A DNA stretch of 64,000 bases, from positions 15,922 to 79,921 of the forward strand of contig JANXTZ010000028.1 in assembly GCA_025352125.1 (NCBI GenBank). The letters run 5' to 3'. The position numbers and the translations under genes are program-made. This DNA comes from Deinococcales bacterium (GTDB lineage: Bacteria; Deinococcota; Deinococci; Deinococcales; JAAFIG01). This document shows, one piece after another, positions 29,568 to 39,146 of the stretch; position 1 is the stretch's first letter, and each line of letters starts with the position of its first letter. The notes under the pieces are model-generated. The model did not search any database, was not told the DNA's origin, and saw only the letters and a program-made list of their open reading frames with translations.

Positions 29568-30215
29568 TTACTGTCCGTAAACGTTGGTATAGCGGTCATG
29601 GAGTTTGTCAATATCCGCCTGGGCAATCGGTTGGACGTTTCCAAGCTGCATTGCCAAGAACACGGTTCGTGCCACGTCCTCGCACATGACTGCCGCTTTG
29701 ACTGCACTTTTTGCAGTTTTGCCAAGTGCGAACACGCCGTGATTTTTTAAAATAATTGCTGGGCTGCGGTGACCAGTTAAGACCCGTACAACCTCATGCC
29801 CAATCTCTTCGCCGCCAATCAAGGCAAAACCGCCGCATGGAATCGGACCGCCAAATTCGTCCGCCATCGCGGTCAAGACGCACGGGATTTCTCGAGCATT
29901 CGCCGCCCACGCCGTGGCATACGGACTGTGCGTGTGAACAATTGCGCCGACCTCGGGCATGTGCCGGTAAATGTAGGCGTGGGTCGCGGTGTCTGATGAT
30001 GGTTTCAAATTTCCCTCAACAACATGCGCCTCGAGATCGGTGACGACCATGTTCTCAGGACTCAGTTCTTCAAATAACAAGCCGCTGGGTTTGATCACCA
30101 TCTGGCTCGAGTCAAAATCCCGCGCACTGAGATTCCCACCCGTCCAGGTCACCAAATTGTTCTTCGGCAACTCGAGATGCCATTTTGCGACTTCAATTCG
30201 CAGTTGCTCGAGCAT
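29568..30215 (-). CDS. araD: L-ribulose-5-phosphate 4-epimerase
   Basis: VTWTGGNLS, IKPSG, PSSDTATH, VHTHSPYATAWA, LKNHGVF and YTNVYGQ motifs. Confidence 0.93.
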   Translation of the reverse strand: MLEQLRIEVAKWHLELPKNNLVTWTGGNLSARDFDSSQMVIKPSGLLFEELSPENMVVTDLEAHVVEGNLKPSSDTATHAYIYRHMPEVGAIVHTHSPYATAWAANAREIPCVLTAMADEFGGPIPCGGFALIGGEEIGHEVVRVLTGHRSPAIILKNHGVFALGKTAKSAVKAAVMCEDVARTVFLAMQLGNVQPIAQADIDKLHDRYTNVYGQ

Positions 30216-30288
30216 CACGGGTTCTTTCGGGGGTTGGTTGGCATTCGGTTCTCCTTGAGAATTCAAATCGGACTCGAGGCAGGACAGG

Positions 30289-30388
30289 CAGGACGCAGCA
30301 AGCTTCTTGACTGTAAAACGCACCTTCTTGGTTTCAAAACGCACCCAACGGGCGAAACCGCTAACGGGCATGGTCGCAGCGTCCCTAC
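30289..30388 (-). mobile_element. GTAG-type REP hairpin interrupted by a 37-nt mini-element that carries a second 37-nt mini-element
   Basis: Inner copy 30324-30360; outer copy 30303-30323 plus 30361-30376. Removing both restores GTAG-GGACGCAGC-TT-GCTGCGTCC. Confidence 0.75.
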
Positions 30389-32046
30389 GATTTTTTAATT
30401 TGGTTGCGGATGGCTTTCAACCGTTTCATGGCATCGTTCGCGCCGCGACCAAAATAATCGTGCAGGGTCTTGTACTCGGCGTACAGGGAATCGTAAATGC
30501 GGGAATGCTCGAGGTTGGGCTTAAAGGCGCTTTTGATGGATTTGCCCATGACGCTGGCGGCAGCATAAATATCTGGGTAGACGCCTGCGGCAACGGCGGC
30601 ATGAATAGCGCTACCCAGCGCAGGACCTTGACTCGAGGCTGCCACGCTCAGTTCTCGTCCGGTCACGTCGGCGTAAATTTGCAAAAGCATTTTGTTTTTG
30701 ATCAAGCCGCCCGCGATCACCAGTTCTTTGACCGGAACGCCGGAGGCTTCAAAAGCTTCAATGATCGTGCGCGTGCCGTAAGCCGTGCTTTCGATCAAGG
30801 CGCGGTAAATATCGGGTGCTCGAGTCGCCAGGGTCATGCCGATCATCATGCCGCTCAGTTCGGTGTCCACGAGCACGCTGCGGTTGCCGTTCCACCAATC
30901 GAGCGCGATCAGACCGTGCTCGCCTGGGACTTGTGTTTGCGCAAGGCTGGTCAGGTGGGCGTGAATGTCCATGCCTGATTCTCGAGCCGCAACATGGTAT
31001 TCAGGCGGGACGCCGTGTTTGACAAACCAGCCAAAAATATCACCGACGCCGCTTTGCCCCGCCTCGTAACCGAACATGCCTGGACTGACGCCGCCGTCAA
31101 CCACGCCGCACATGCCTGGAACTTCGGCGAGGGTTGCGCCGTTCATGATGTGACAGGTGCTTGTGCCCATAATCAAAACCATCTGACCTGGTTGCACGGC
31201 GTTGGCTGCAGGCACGGCAACGTGCGCGTCCACGTTCGCCACCGCCACCGCAATGCCTGGTGTCAAACCAGTCCAAGCCGCAGCTTGAGCACTCAAACCA
31301 CCAACTCGAGCGCCCAGAGCGTCAAGCTTTTTTGAGAGTTTTTCTTGCGCGAAATCTGCAAAACCAGGATTGAGTGCGCCCAAAAATTCGCGGCTGGGAT
31401 ACTGACCATCCTGAAAATTGGCTTTGTAACCGGCGGTGCAGGTGTTGCAAGTCTCAACGTTTGAGAGCTGCCAGATCACCCAATCGGCAGCCTCGAGAAT
31501 TCGGTCTGCCGCCGCGTAAATCTCTGGGGCTTCCTCGAGAATTTGCAATGCTTTGGCGAGCATCCATTCGCTCGAGATTTTCCCGCCGTAACGCGGCATC
31601 CAAGCTTCATTTCTGGCTCTGGCAAGCGCGTTGATTCGGTCGGCGTGGGGCTGCGCGGCGTGGTGCTTCCAGAGTTTGACATACGCGTGAGGATTGTTGC
31701 GGTGTTTGGACAGAAAACACAGTGGCGTGCCATCGGCGTTGACGGGCATTACGGTACATGCCGTGAAATCAATCCCAATGCCGATCACATCTCGAGCATC
31801 AATCCCAGCGTTTTTGACGGCTTGGGGAATCGTGTGTTTGAACACCTCGAGATAATCCTGCGGGTCTTGCAGTGCCCATTCTGGAGGCAGTTTTGCGCCG
31901 CTCGAGAACAGGCTGTCGTCCATGACGCCGTGAGGATAATCAAAGACCGCGCTCCCCAATTCTGCGCCATCACTGACGCGCACGACCACGGCACGCCCCG
32001 AGAGCGTGCCGAAATCAACCCCAATTGTATGACGTTCATTTGACAT
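30385..32046 (-). CDS. araB: Ribulokinase
   Basis: GVDFGTLSGRA, IGIDFTACT, YVKLWKHHAAQ, YGGKISSEW, MGTSTCH, YEAGQSGVGD and LDWWNGNRS motifs. Confidence 0.96.
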   Translation of the reverse strand: MSNERHTIGVDFGTLSGRAVVVRVSDGAELGSAVFDYPHGVMDDSLFSSGAKLPPEWALQDPQDYLEVFKHTIPQAVKNAGIDARDVIGIGIDFTACTVMPVNADGTPLCFLSKHRNNPHAYVKLWKHHAAQPHADRINALARARNEAWMPRYGGKISSEWMLAKALQILEEAPEIYAAADRILEAADWVIWQLSNVETCNTCTAGYKANFQDGQYPSREFLGALNPGFADFAQEKLSKKLDALGARVGGLSAQAAAWTGLTPGIAVAVANVDAHVAVPAANAVQPGQMVLIMGTSTCHIMNGATLAEVPGMCGVVDGGVSPGMFGYEAGQSGVGDIFGWFVKHGVPPEYHVAARESGMDIHAHLTSLAQTQVPGEHGLIALDWWNGNRSVLVDTELSGMMIGMTLATRAPDIYRALIESTAYGTRTIIEAFEASGVPVKELVIAGGLIKNKMLLQIYADVTGRELSVAASSQGPALGSAIHAAVAAGVYPDIYAAASVMGKSIKSAFKPNLEHSRIYDSLYAEYKTLHDYFGRGANDAMKRLKAIRNQIKKS

Positions 32047-32075
32047 GGCTCTATCCTAACGGAAATGCTCGAGCA

Positions 32076-32273
32076 TCAATGCGCAACCGTAATGGTGGTG
32101 AATGACATTGGCGGCAGACTGATGGTCACTCGAGCGTCAACAATACTGACATTTGAGAGTGCCTGAGAGACAACATTGTTGGGGTTTTCAAAACTGTTGG
32201 CGGCTTTGGGATCGGTGCCAGTGACTTGCCACGCGCCAGTCACGGTGCTTGCTGGTGTACCCTGCCAAGAAAT
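32076..32273 (-). pseudogene. 3' remnant of GH51 alpha-L-arabinofuranosidase
   Basis: VTGTDPKAANSFENPNNV...VTISLPPMSFTTI matches the GH51 C-terminal beta-sandwich end; stop 30 nt before araB; catalytic domain absent. Confidence 0.7.
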
Positions 32274-32453
32274 ATATGGATCAGGTGGTGGCTCAGGCGT
32301 TAAAGGCATTTGAAAACATTCGAACAGAATCTGAACGGATGGGCATTGAAGCGGCTTGATGGGATTTTGCGTTGTTGAAAACACCGCAGCTTAAACGACT
32401 CAAATACTTCCCATCTGCCTTTAAAATTCCCGCTTCTTGCCCTTAAGGCAGGA

Positions 32454-32557
32454 TTTTTTTGTTTCAAGATGCACCTTGCGGGCAGCATCGCTTCTTGATG
32501 CCAAGATGCACCTTGCGGGCAGCATCGCTTCGGCGGCAGGGGCGTGCCGCACGCCCG
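32454..32557 (-). mobile_element. Two tandem copies of the 37-nt mini-element next to a REP-like palindrome
   Basis: 30-nt exact direct repeat 32465-32494/32502-32531 (period 37); adjacent hairpin GGGCGTGC-(C)-GCACGCCC at ~32540-32556. Confidence 0.7.
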
Positions 32558-32602
32558 TTGAAATCTTCAGCTCAATTTCATGGTCACCAGTATTTCAAAA
32601 AT

Positions 32603-34402
32603 ATGATTGAAAGTACCCATCCCACCCCTCAATTTGAACGCCAACACTGGCGTTCGCTGAGTGGACTGTGGCGTTTCGCCTTCGATGATGACGGACAGTG
32701 GCTCGATCCAGGTCATGTCAATTTTGACCGTCTGATCGAGGTTCCCTATCCCTGCGAGAGCCAACGTTCTGGCATCGGGGAAGCAGCTTTTCACAAGGTA
32801 GTCTGGTATGCCATCAAGGTACAACTCGAGGAAGCGGATCGCCCCCCGTTGCACGGCAGACTGCTCTTGCATTTTGGTGCCGTCGATTACAGCGCTCGGG
32901 TCTGGGCGAACGGTCAACTCGTGGCAGAACACCGTAGCGGACATACACCTTTTGTTGCAGACCTGACCAACGTGCTCGAGCGTGACGGTTGGAAAAGCTT
33001 TGAAATTGCCTTGCGGGCTGAAGATGACCCATACGATTTAGCCAAACCGCGCGGCAAACAAGATTGGTTGCCAGAACCCCACGCGATTTGGTATCCGCGC
33101 ACCACGGGCATCTGGCAGGATGTGTGGCTCGAACCCGTGCCTGAAACCCGTATCGCCGAACTGCGTTGGACGCCGCATCTCGAGCACTGGGAATTTGGGA
33201 TGGACATTCGTTTGATCGGTCCGTTGCGCGAGGGCTTGCAACTGCGCGTCCGGCTGCTCGATGACAACACAACCCTGGCAGACGACCGTTATGCGGTGTT
33301 ACGGGCGGACACGTCCAGACGAATTGCCATCCTCGATCCAGGAGTCGATGATTTTCGGGACCACACCTTGTGGAGTCCATCTCATCCACACCTGATTCGG
33401 GTCGAAATTGAACTGCTCGAGCGCCAGAATGATGCTGAGACACCGATTGATCGTGTGCTGTCCTACACCGCCATGCGCAGCGTCGGGATTTCGGGCAACG
33501 TGTTCTTGTTAAACAACCGTCCAGCGTATCTGCGAATGGTCCTCGATCAAGGTTACTGGTCAGACACCCTCATGGCTGCCGACGACGACATGCTGCGTTA
33601 CGATGTGGAATTGACCAAACGATTGGGTTTCAACGGCGTGCGCAAGCACCAAAAAATTGAAAACCCGCGTTGGTTGTATTGGTGCGACGTGCTGGGCTTG
33701 ATGGTTTGGGAGGAGATGCCAAGCCCGTACCGTTTCACGCCCGATGCGGTCGAAAGACTGGTGACCGAATGGACCGAGGCGATTCGGCGCGATGCCTCTC
33801 ACCCGTGTATTGTTGCCTGGGTTCCAATAAACGAATCCTGGGGCGTCCCAGATTTGCCCAACAACCCCGCGCACCGCGATTATGTGCGCAGCCTCTATCA
33901 CCTGACCCGAGCGCTGGACCAGACGCGACCCGTCATCGGCAACGACGGTTGGGAAAACCTGGCAACCGATATCGTCGGGATTCACGATTACAGCGACGAC
34001 CTGACACACCTCATCGACCGTTACGGCTCCAGCGACAGCGCCATTCGAGCCATCGAACGTCAACGCACGGGTGGACGTCCAATTGCACTCGACGGTTTCG
34101 AGGTTGGTCCACGCCCCATCATCCTTTCCGAATTTGGTGGCATCTCGCTCTCAAATACACCAGGTTGGGGTTACTCGAGTGCCCCGAACGCAAACGCCTT
34201 GCTCGAGCGCTATGAGCGTCTGATGGCAGCAATCTGGCGCTGTGACGGACTGGCGGGTTTTTGTTACACACAGTTGACCGACACTTTTCAAGAAGAAAAT
34301 GGCTTGTTGAATGCGGACCGCAGCCCAAAAATAGACATTGGTCGCGTTTTTCGTGCCACCGTCCGAGCGCCACTGTTGAGCCAACCCAGGCTTGAGGACT
34401 GA
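32603..34402 (+). CDS. GH2 glycoside hydrolase (beta-galactosidase/glucuronidase-like)
   Basis: [53 protein letters not shown] and YTQLTD motifs. Confidence 0.9.
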   Translation: MIESTHPTPQFERQHWRSLSGLWRFAFDDDGQWLDPGHVNFDRLIEVPYPCESQRSGIGEAAFHKVVWYAIKVQLEEADRPPLHGRLLLHFGAVDYSARVWANGQLVAEHRSGHTPFVADLTNVLERDGWKSFEIALRAEDDPYDLAKPRGKQDWLPEPHAIWYPRTTGIWQDVWLEPVPETRIAELRWTPHLEHWEFGMDIRLIGPLREGLQLRVRLLDDNTTLADDRYAVLRADTSRRIAILDPGVDDFRDHTLWSPSHPHLIRVEIELLERQNDAETPIDRVLSYTAMRSVGISGNVFLLNNRPAYLRMVLDQGYWSDTLMAADDDMLRYDVELTKRLGFNGVRKHQKIENPRWLYWCDVLGLMVWEEMPSPYRFTPDAVERLVTEWTEAIRRDASHPCIVAWVPINESWGVPDLPNNPAHRDYVRSLYHLTRALDQTRPVIGNDGWENLATDIVGIHDYSDDLTHLIDRYGSSDSAIRAIERQRTGGRPIALDGFEVGPRPIILSEFGGISLSNTPGWGYSSAPNANALLERYERLMAAIWRCDGLAGFCYTQLTDTFQEENGLLNADRSPKIDIGRVFRATVRAPLLSQPRLED

Positions 34403-34405
34403 ACC

Positions 34406-34606
34406 ATGTTTGAAATTCAGATCATTCCAGGTTGTCTTCTCGAGCCGTCAATAAACCCGAGCGGTGAATTCTGGCTTCAATGTTCCGCCAAAATTTCATG
34501 GCTCGGCGTGGCACTCTGGCACAAGCAATCTCGAGCCAGACGTGATCAAACAGTTTGCCGGTCTTCAGAACCTGCGAACTTCATGAAACCAGGCTGCGCC
34601 GCGTGA
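34406..34606 (+). CDS. Small hypothetical protein
   Basis: Fills the gap exactly between the GH2 stop and the next GTG (GTGA overlap); no recognisable motif. Confidence 0.3.
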   Translation: MFEIQIIPGCLLEPSINPSGEFWLQCSAKISWLGVALWHKQSRARRDQTVCRSSEPANFMKPGCAA

Positions 34607-35748
34607 CGCTCGACTTGGCGTTAAAATCACCCTTTGCCTCTTTGATGATGGCTGGTTACGAATGTTCCACGCACATCAGCCCGCGACATGGACGCCACGA
34701 CATCTTGAGGGAAACCCTGCACGATCAGCAAACGCTTTCAGACTACCGCCTGCTCGAGCCGTTTGGGATTCGTACCGTCCGTGAGGGTTTGCGCTGGAAT
34801 GAGGTTGAACCAAGGGCGGGTCAGTACCAATTCTCGGGTGTGCGCCCAATGATTCAAGCGGCACGAACCGCGCGGACACAGGTGATTTGGGATTTGTTTC
34901 ATTTCGGTTATCCCGACAACCTCAGTCCCTTTTCTGGAGCCTTTGTGGAGCGTTTGGAAGGTCTGACGCGGGCGTTTGTCAAAATGCTCGCCGAAGAACT
35001 TCCAGACCCGCCCCTGATCGCACCCATCAACGAACTTTCATTTTTGGCATGGGCGGCGGGCGAGGTCGGCATTTTCGCGCCCTTTGCCCAGGGACGCGGC
35101 AACGAACTCAAACGCAACCTGGCGCGGGCTGGAATTGCCGCATCTGCCGCCACGCTCGAGGTTGCCCCGCACGCCAGGTTGATTCACCCAGACCCTGCCA
35201 TTCACGTCGTTGCCCCGAGCCACAGACCTGACCTCAAACCCCAAGCCGAATTCTACCGACAGGCGCAATTTGAGGGCTGGGACCTGATCTCTGGACGGCG
35301 CGAACCGGAACTGGGCGGTCGGGAAGCCTACCTCGACATCCTTGGCTTGAACTTTTACCCCTACAACCAGTGGGAATACGGCGAAGGTCACAAAATACGC
35401 CTCGACGACGTGCGCTTCAAACCATTCTCGAGCATCGCCAAAGAGGTTTTTGAGCGTTACCAGCGCCCGATGATCATTGCCGAAACCGGAGCCGAAAGCG
35501 CACTGCGTGCCCCGTGGTTGCGTTACATCGCCCAAGAAGCCATACGTGCGATTCAAGCTGGCTTGCCGCTCTGGGGGCTTTGTCTGTACCCGATCCTCAA
35601 CCATCCGGGCTGGGACGATGGGCGTTACGTTCCGTGCGGCTTGTGGGGATACCGTCGGCGCGGCGAAAGACGAATCGATGAAGATTATGCGCTCGAGGTG
35701 ATGCGATTTTCGCAAATCTTTGAGTCCTTACAGCACACCCAGACATAA
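34603..35748 (+). CDS. Clan GH-A (GH1-like) beta-glycosidase-like protein
   Basis: GYECSTH, RTVREGLRW, WDLFHFGYPD, PINE (acid/base), LNFYPYNQW and IAETG (nucleophile) motifs. Confidence 0.8.
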   Translation: MTLDLALKSPFASLMMAGYECSTHISPRHGRHDILRETLHDQQTLSDYRLLEPFGIRTVREGLRWNEVEPRAGQYQFSGVRPMIQAARTARTQVIWDLFHFGYPDNLSPFSGAFVERLEGLTRAFVKMLAEELPDPPLIAPINELSFLAWAAGEVGIFAPFAQGRGNELKRNLARAGIAASAATLEVAPHARLIHPDPAIHVVAPSHRPDLKPQAEFYRQAQFEGWDLISGRREPELGGREAYLDILGLNFYPYNQWEYGEGHKIRLDDVRFKPFSSIAKEVFERYQRPMIIAETGAESALRAPWLRYIAQEAIRAIQAGLPLWGLCLYPILNHPGWDDGRYVPCGLWGYRRRGERRIDEDYALEVMRFSQIFESLQHTQT

Positions 35749-35825
35749 ATATTGATCTCGAGATTGTCTTTGGAATGTGGACGAGATTTGAACCAGGCGT
35801 GCGCGTGAGGTGCTGGAAAAGTCTT

Positions 35826-36188
35826 TCAACCTGGCGCGTGATATTTCACTTCGGGTTCGAGTTTCTCGAGCGAATTGAGTTTCTCGAGACTGAGATACAC
35901 ATTTTTTCGCCACGGGCGGTACTCTCGCCTTCCATCAATCACGGCATAACCTCGAGCGCCAATTTCGATCCATTTGGCGCGGTCCTCAGTCAGGTGCGCA
36001 CGAAGATTCTCGAGTGCCAATGTTAAATCGGTGTCGCCCAGCAACCGAGCGGCACGAATCAAACTCGAGTTCTCGAGCGGAAACAATTCTAGGGTTGAAG
36101 CCTCGAACTCGAGCAATCTTTTGGCAAGCCCAACCTCGAGCGGTTCAAAAAAAACGATAAACGCATCCAGTTCCACGCCGCGACTCAT
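35826..36188 (-). CDS. Hypothetical protein
   Basis: 120-aa ORF preceded by leaderless-type TAAGCT-N6-ATG. Confidence 0.55.
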   Translation of the reverse strand: MSRGVELDAFIVFFEPLEVGLAKRLLEFEASTLELFPLENSSLIRAARLLGDTDLTLALENLRAHLTEDRAKWIEIGARGYAVIDGRREYRPWRKNVYLSLEKLNSLEKLEPEVKYHAPG

Positions 36189-36254
36189 GACAAGAGCTTA
36201 AAGATAAGCACCATTGCGGATGTCCCAACAATAATTTTGTGCCACAATTCTCGC

Positions 36255-36800
36255 ATGGCTCGGGTTTCAGAACTGGCAACAACCCTGCTCACCGCAGACC
36301 CCAAAACCATCGGTGAGCATTTCGCCTTGATGCCGCTACGCAAAATTCTCGAGCTTCGAGGCTACTTGCTCAAAACTGGACAACACGCGGTGCTGGTGAC
36401 TGGTTTGCTGGCAGGTTTAAACCACCCTGAGCCTCGAGTGCGTTACAACTGCGCCCTGGCAATGGATCATCTTGCAGATGACCGTTGTGGTGAGCCATTG
36501 CGGGCATTGCTCGAGGATGCCATACCCCGAGTCAGACGGGCGGCACTGCATTCCCTAAGCTGCGAGGCTTGCAAGGTCGCGCCCCTGCCCGTGCCAGGTG
36601 ACTTGATCGAAACGCTGATTGCCAAAGCCAACAGCGACCCCAGCATTCGCGTGCGTCGCGCCGCCGTGGGCAGCCTGATTGAAAGCTGTCCCAATACTCG
36701 AGTGTCAAAAGCCCTCGCCGAACTTGAAATCACACAAGCCGACGCCGACATTCGCCGCCAACTCAAACGCGCCTTGAAAACTCAACTGGCTGTCGTGTAA
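36255..36800 (+). CDS. HEAT repeat protein
   Basis: HPEPRVRYNCALAM, DAIPRVRRAALHSL and DPSIRVRRAAVGSL repeats. Confidence 0.82.
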   Translation: MARVSELATTLLTADPKTIGEHFALMPLRKILELRGYLLKTGQHAVLVTGLLAGLNHPEPRVRYNCALAMDHLADDRCGEPLRALLEDAIPRVRRAALHSLSCEACKVAPLPVPGDLIETLIAKANSDPSIRVRRAAVGSLIESCPNTRVSKALAELEITQADADIRRQLKRALKTQLAVV

Positions 36801-37246
36801 GACTGAGGATCGAGTTTGCCCATCAGTTCGCGCAACTCGGTCTTGTTGTGGCGTTCGGTTTCGACAATCCCCTCGAGCAACGCCACCATCTCGGGATTAT
36901 CTTGCAGCAGGGGGCGCAACTCATGATAGCTTTCGACATCGTGAGCCTCGGCTCTCAACGAGTTCGAGAGCGCCTCCCAAGTGTTCTCTCGAGGAACATC
37001 TGTGACCTCGAGCGGCGGGATTGTGCCATGAAAGTGAACGAGCAGCGTCTCGAGTTGTCCGAGGTGCCTATCTTTGCGCCCTGCGATGGTCAAGAGTTGC
37101 GCCTGGTCTTGCGGGTATTTCATGGCTGCCGCCAGTGTTTTGACCATCTGGGTTTCGCTGGCTTCCTCACGGTAACGTTGCTCGAGGGCGTTTTTTGCCT
37201 CAGCTTGATGATCGGGAATCAGTCCCTGCAACCAACCCAGGTTCAT
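36782..37246 (-). CDS. Ferritin-like four-helix-bundle protein
   Basis: Paired helices with E/H ligands (YREE...DRH...AEAHDVESY...ETERH); coupled to upstream gene by 4-nt overlap. Confidence 0.6.
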   Translation of the reverse strand: MNLGWLQGLIPDHQAEAKNALEQRYREEASETQMVKTLAAAMKYPQDQAQLLTIAGRKDRHLGQLETLLVHFHGTIPPLEVTDVPRENTWEALSNSLRAEAHDVESYHELRPLLQDNPEMVALLEGIVETERHNKTELRELMGKLDPQSYTTAS

Positions 37247-38343
37247 GCTTGGTCTGGATGACGTTGCAAGCCAGCCAAGCCTCCCATTTCAGCCTCGAGT
37301 TGCTGGGCAATTTCGCCCCGCAGGTACCGCACTTTTAAACCAAAATTCTCGCGCAGTCCACCAATCACGTCACGCAATTGCTTTCCCTCAACGCCGCCGC
37401 CCGTCAAGGTCGAAATGCCCTGGTCGGGGTAAACGCCAAAAACGTAACCCTGAGCGTCACGCCAGACGGGTGTGCCCGAGCCGTCACCCGAAACCAGCAG
37501 TTCATAGACACTGCCCTCCTGAACTGCGGTCAGCGTCAGCTCAGCCCCGCTCACACCCCGTGCACGGACGGATTCGAGCGCCGCCTCGTTGGCGTTGCTG
37601 ACTGCCGTCTCGAGTGCCGATTGCGCCGCCTCGAGCACTTGGGCGGCGCTGGCATCGCCAGGAACTTTAAATTCACCCACCAACAAACCTGTTAAATCCG
37701 AGGTCAGCTCTGCCTTCAAGCTTTCACGCAACTCGGGCGGTCCAGCAATCAGCAACTGCTCGAGCGCCCCAGATTGACGCAATTTTGTCAGATGCTCGAT
37801 GGTTTTATTCCAGAACACTTGATCCTGATGCTCGACATATTGATTGTTGTCAAAATTTCGGGCGGCTTCGCGCCGTCCGCCGTTTGGCGAGAGGGCATCA
37901 TGGATTTCACGAATTTCGCCCAGGCGCACGTTGAAAAGGCGTCCCCAGTCGTGATCGACCAGGACGATCAGGTTGCGCGGACTGGAAGCCAGAACGGCAT
38001 TTAATGGCTCCAAGTCTGGTGCGCCGTAACTGGCAGACTCTGGAAGCTCGAGTTGCACATCCACCACCCGCCTTTGCAGATGCCCGTGTTCGTCCCAGAG
38101 AAAATAGGCGCGTGTTCGGGTGGTGTGCCCAGCTTCGGTCAGATCAGTCATCACAAAGTCGCTCAAGGCTGTAGGAACCTCGAGTTCGGTCAGCAAGTTT
38201 TTAATTCTGATGCGCGTTGCACCGCCCTGATTGATCGCACTGGCTGGGTTGACCACGCAAATCAGGCTCAAGACCTGATCTGCTGGCAATTCGCTCGAGA
38301 GTGACTGGAGGCTGATTTCGTCAAAATTTTGAGGCAACAACAT
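37243..38343 (-). CDS. Bacterial aeRF1-like release-factor family protein (baeRF/VLRF1-like)
   Basis: LIVLVDHDWGRLF, LLIAGPPELRESL, AVQEGSVYELLV and terminal GGLAGLQRH pattern of eRF1 domains 2-3; AAGGAG RBS. Confidence 0.75.
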   Translation of the reverse strand: MLLPQNFDEISLQSLSSELPADQVLSLICVVNPASAINQGGATRIRIKNLLTELEVPTALSDFVMTDLTEAGHTTRTRAYFLWDEHGHLQRRVVDVQLELPESASYGAPDLEPLNAVLASSPRNLIVLVDHDWGRLFNVRLGEIREIHDALSPNGGRREAARNFDNNQYVEHQDQVFWNKTIEHLTKLRQSGALEQLLIAGPPELRESLKAELTSDLTGLLVGEFKVPGDASAAQVLEAAQSALETAVSNANEAALESVRARGVSGAELTLTAVQEGSVYELLVSGDGSGTPVWRDAQGYVFGVYPDQGISTLTGGGVEGKQLRDVIGGLRENFGLKVRYLRGEIAQQLEAEMGGLAGLQRHPDQA

Positions 38344-38597
38344 ACGTTCTCCTTTGTGGTGAAACAATTCTGGTGTGCTGAATGTTACGGAGTTTCTGAA
38401 GGTCAATAGAGCGATGTCTAAAAGTCAAAAAAGCGATATCTGTTGTTTCAAATCATTTTTGGTCAACCACTGTACCGACTGATTGCTGCCAGTTCTTTAG
38501 AAAGCCTGGTGTTCAGGTCGGTGATCAATTCTGCTTTGCCCATACGCTTACGCCTCCAACTGTGTTGATTGCTCGAGGTTGATACTCGAGCAAGACT

Positions 38598-39131
38598 TCA
38601 GACCAGATTTGAGATTTCGCCGTTTTCAGGCACGACTTCCAGATCGCTGGCTTCTTGATGTTCAAGCACCCCTTGAGCCAATTTGATCTGGTTTGCGTCG
38701 CCGTGCGCCATGACCAGAAAACCACCATTTTCGACGGCTGTCTGGTATTTTTGGGCTGTGTCTCGCGGTAAGCCGTAACCCATCAACGCGCCCATCAATC
38801 CCCCACTGGACGTTCCCAGGACCGCACCGTCGAGCACCCCAAAAAAATTGGCGGCGAGCGGTCCCGCCACCAGCAGCGGTCCAACGCCAGGCAACGTCAG
38901 GGCGGCGGCTCCGAGCAGCAAACCACCGATTGTGCTTAACAACAGGGTGGGTGGGTGGGCATCGCTGTGCGCAGCCAAAACCTGCACCTGTTCGCTGGCT
39001 TGCAAATTTTGCGCCACGATAGAAATGTTTGGGTGTGAAAAACCCGCATCCGTCAGCGCACGAACCGCAACTTCGGCACGTTCGTGATTGGTAAAATGTC
39101 CAGTGATCACCTGCTCCATCTTTGCCCCCAT
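38598..39131 (-). CDS. General stress protein 17M/YflT-like membrane protein
   Basis: GHFTNHERAEVAVRALTDAGF, LPGVGPLLVAGPL and GLMGALMGYGLP...YQTAVENGGFLV motifs. Confidence 0.8.
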   Translation of the reverse strand: MGAKMEQVITGHFTNHERAEVAVRALTDAGFSHPNISIVAQNLQASEQVQVLAAHSDAHPPTLLLSTIGGLLLGAAALTLPGVGPLLVAGPLAANFFGVLDGAVLGTSSGGLMGALMGYGLPRDTAQKYQTAVENGGFLVMAHGDANQIKLAQGVLEHQEASDLEVVPENGEISNLV

Positions 39132-39146
39132 ACGGATTTCATTGCA

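Noticed and set aside
32465-32531. 30-bp direct repeat resembling a CRISPR repeat
   Set aside because: Only two units with a 7-nt gap and no cas genes; explained as tandem 37-nt mini-elements.
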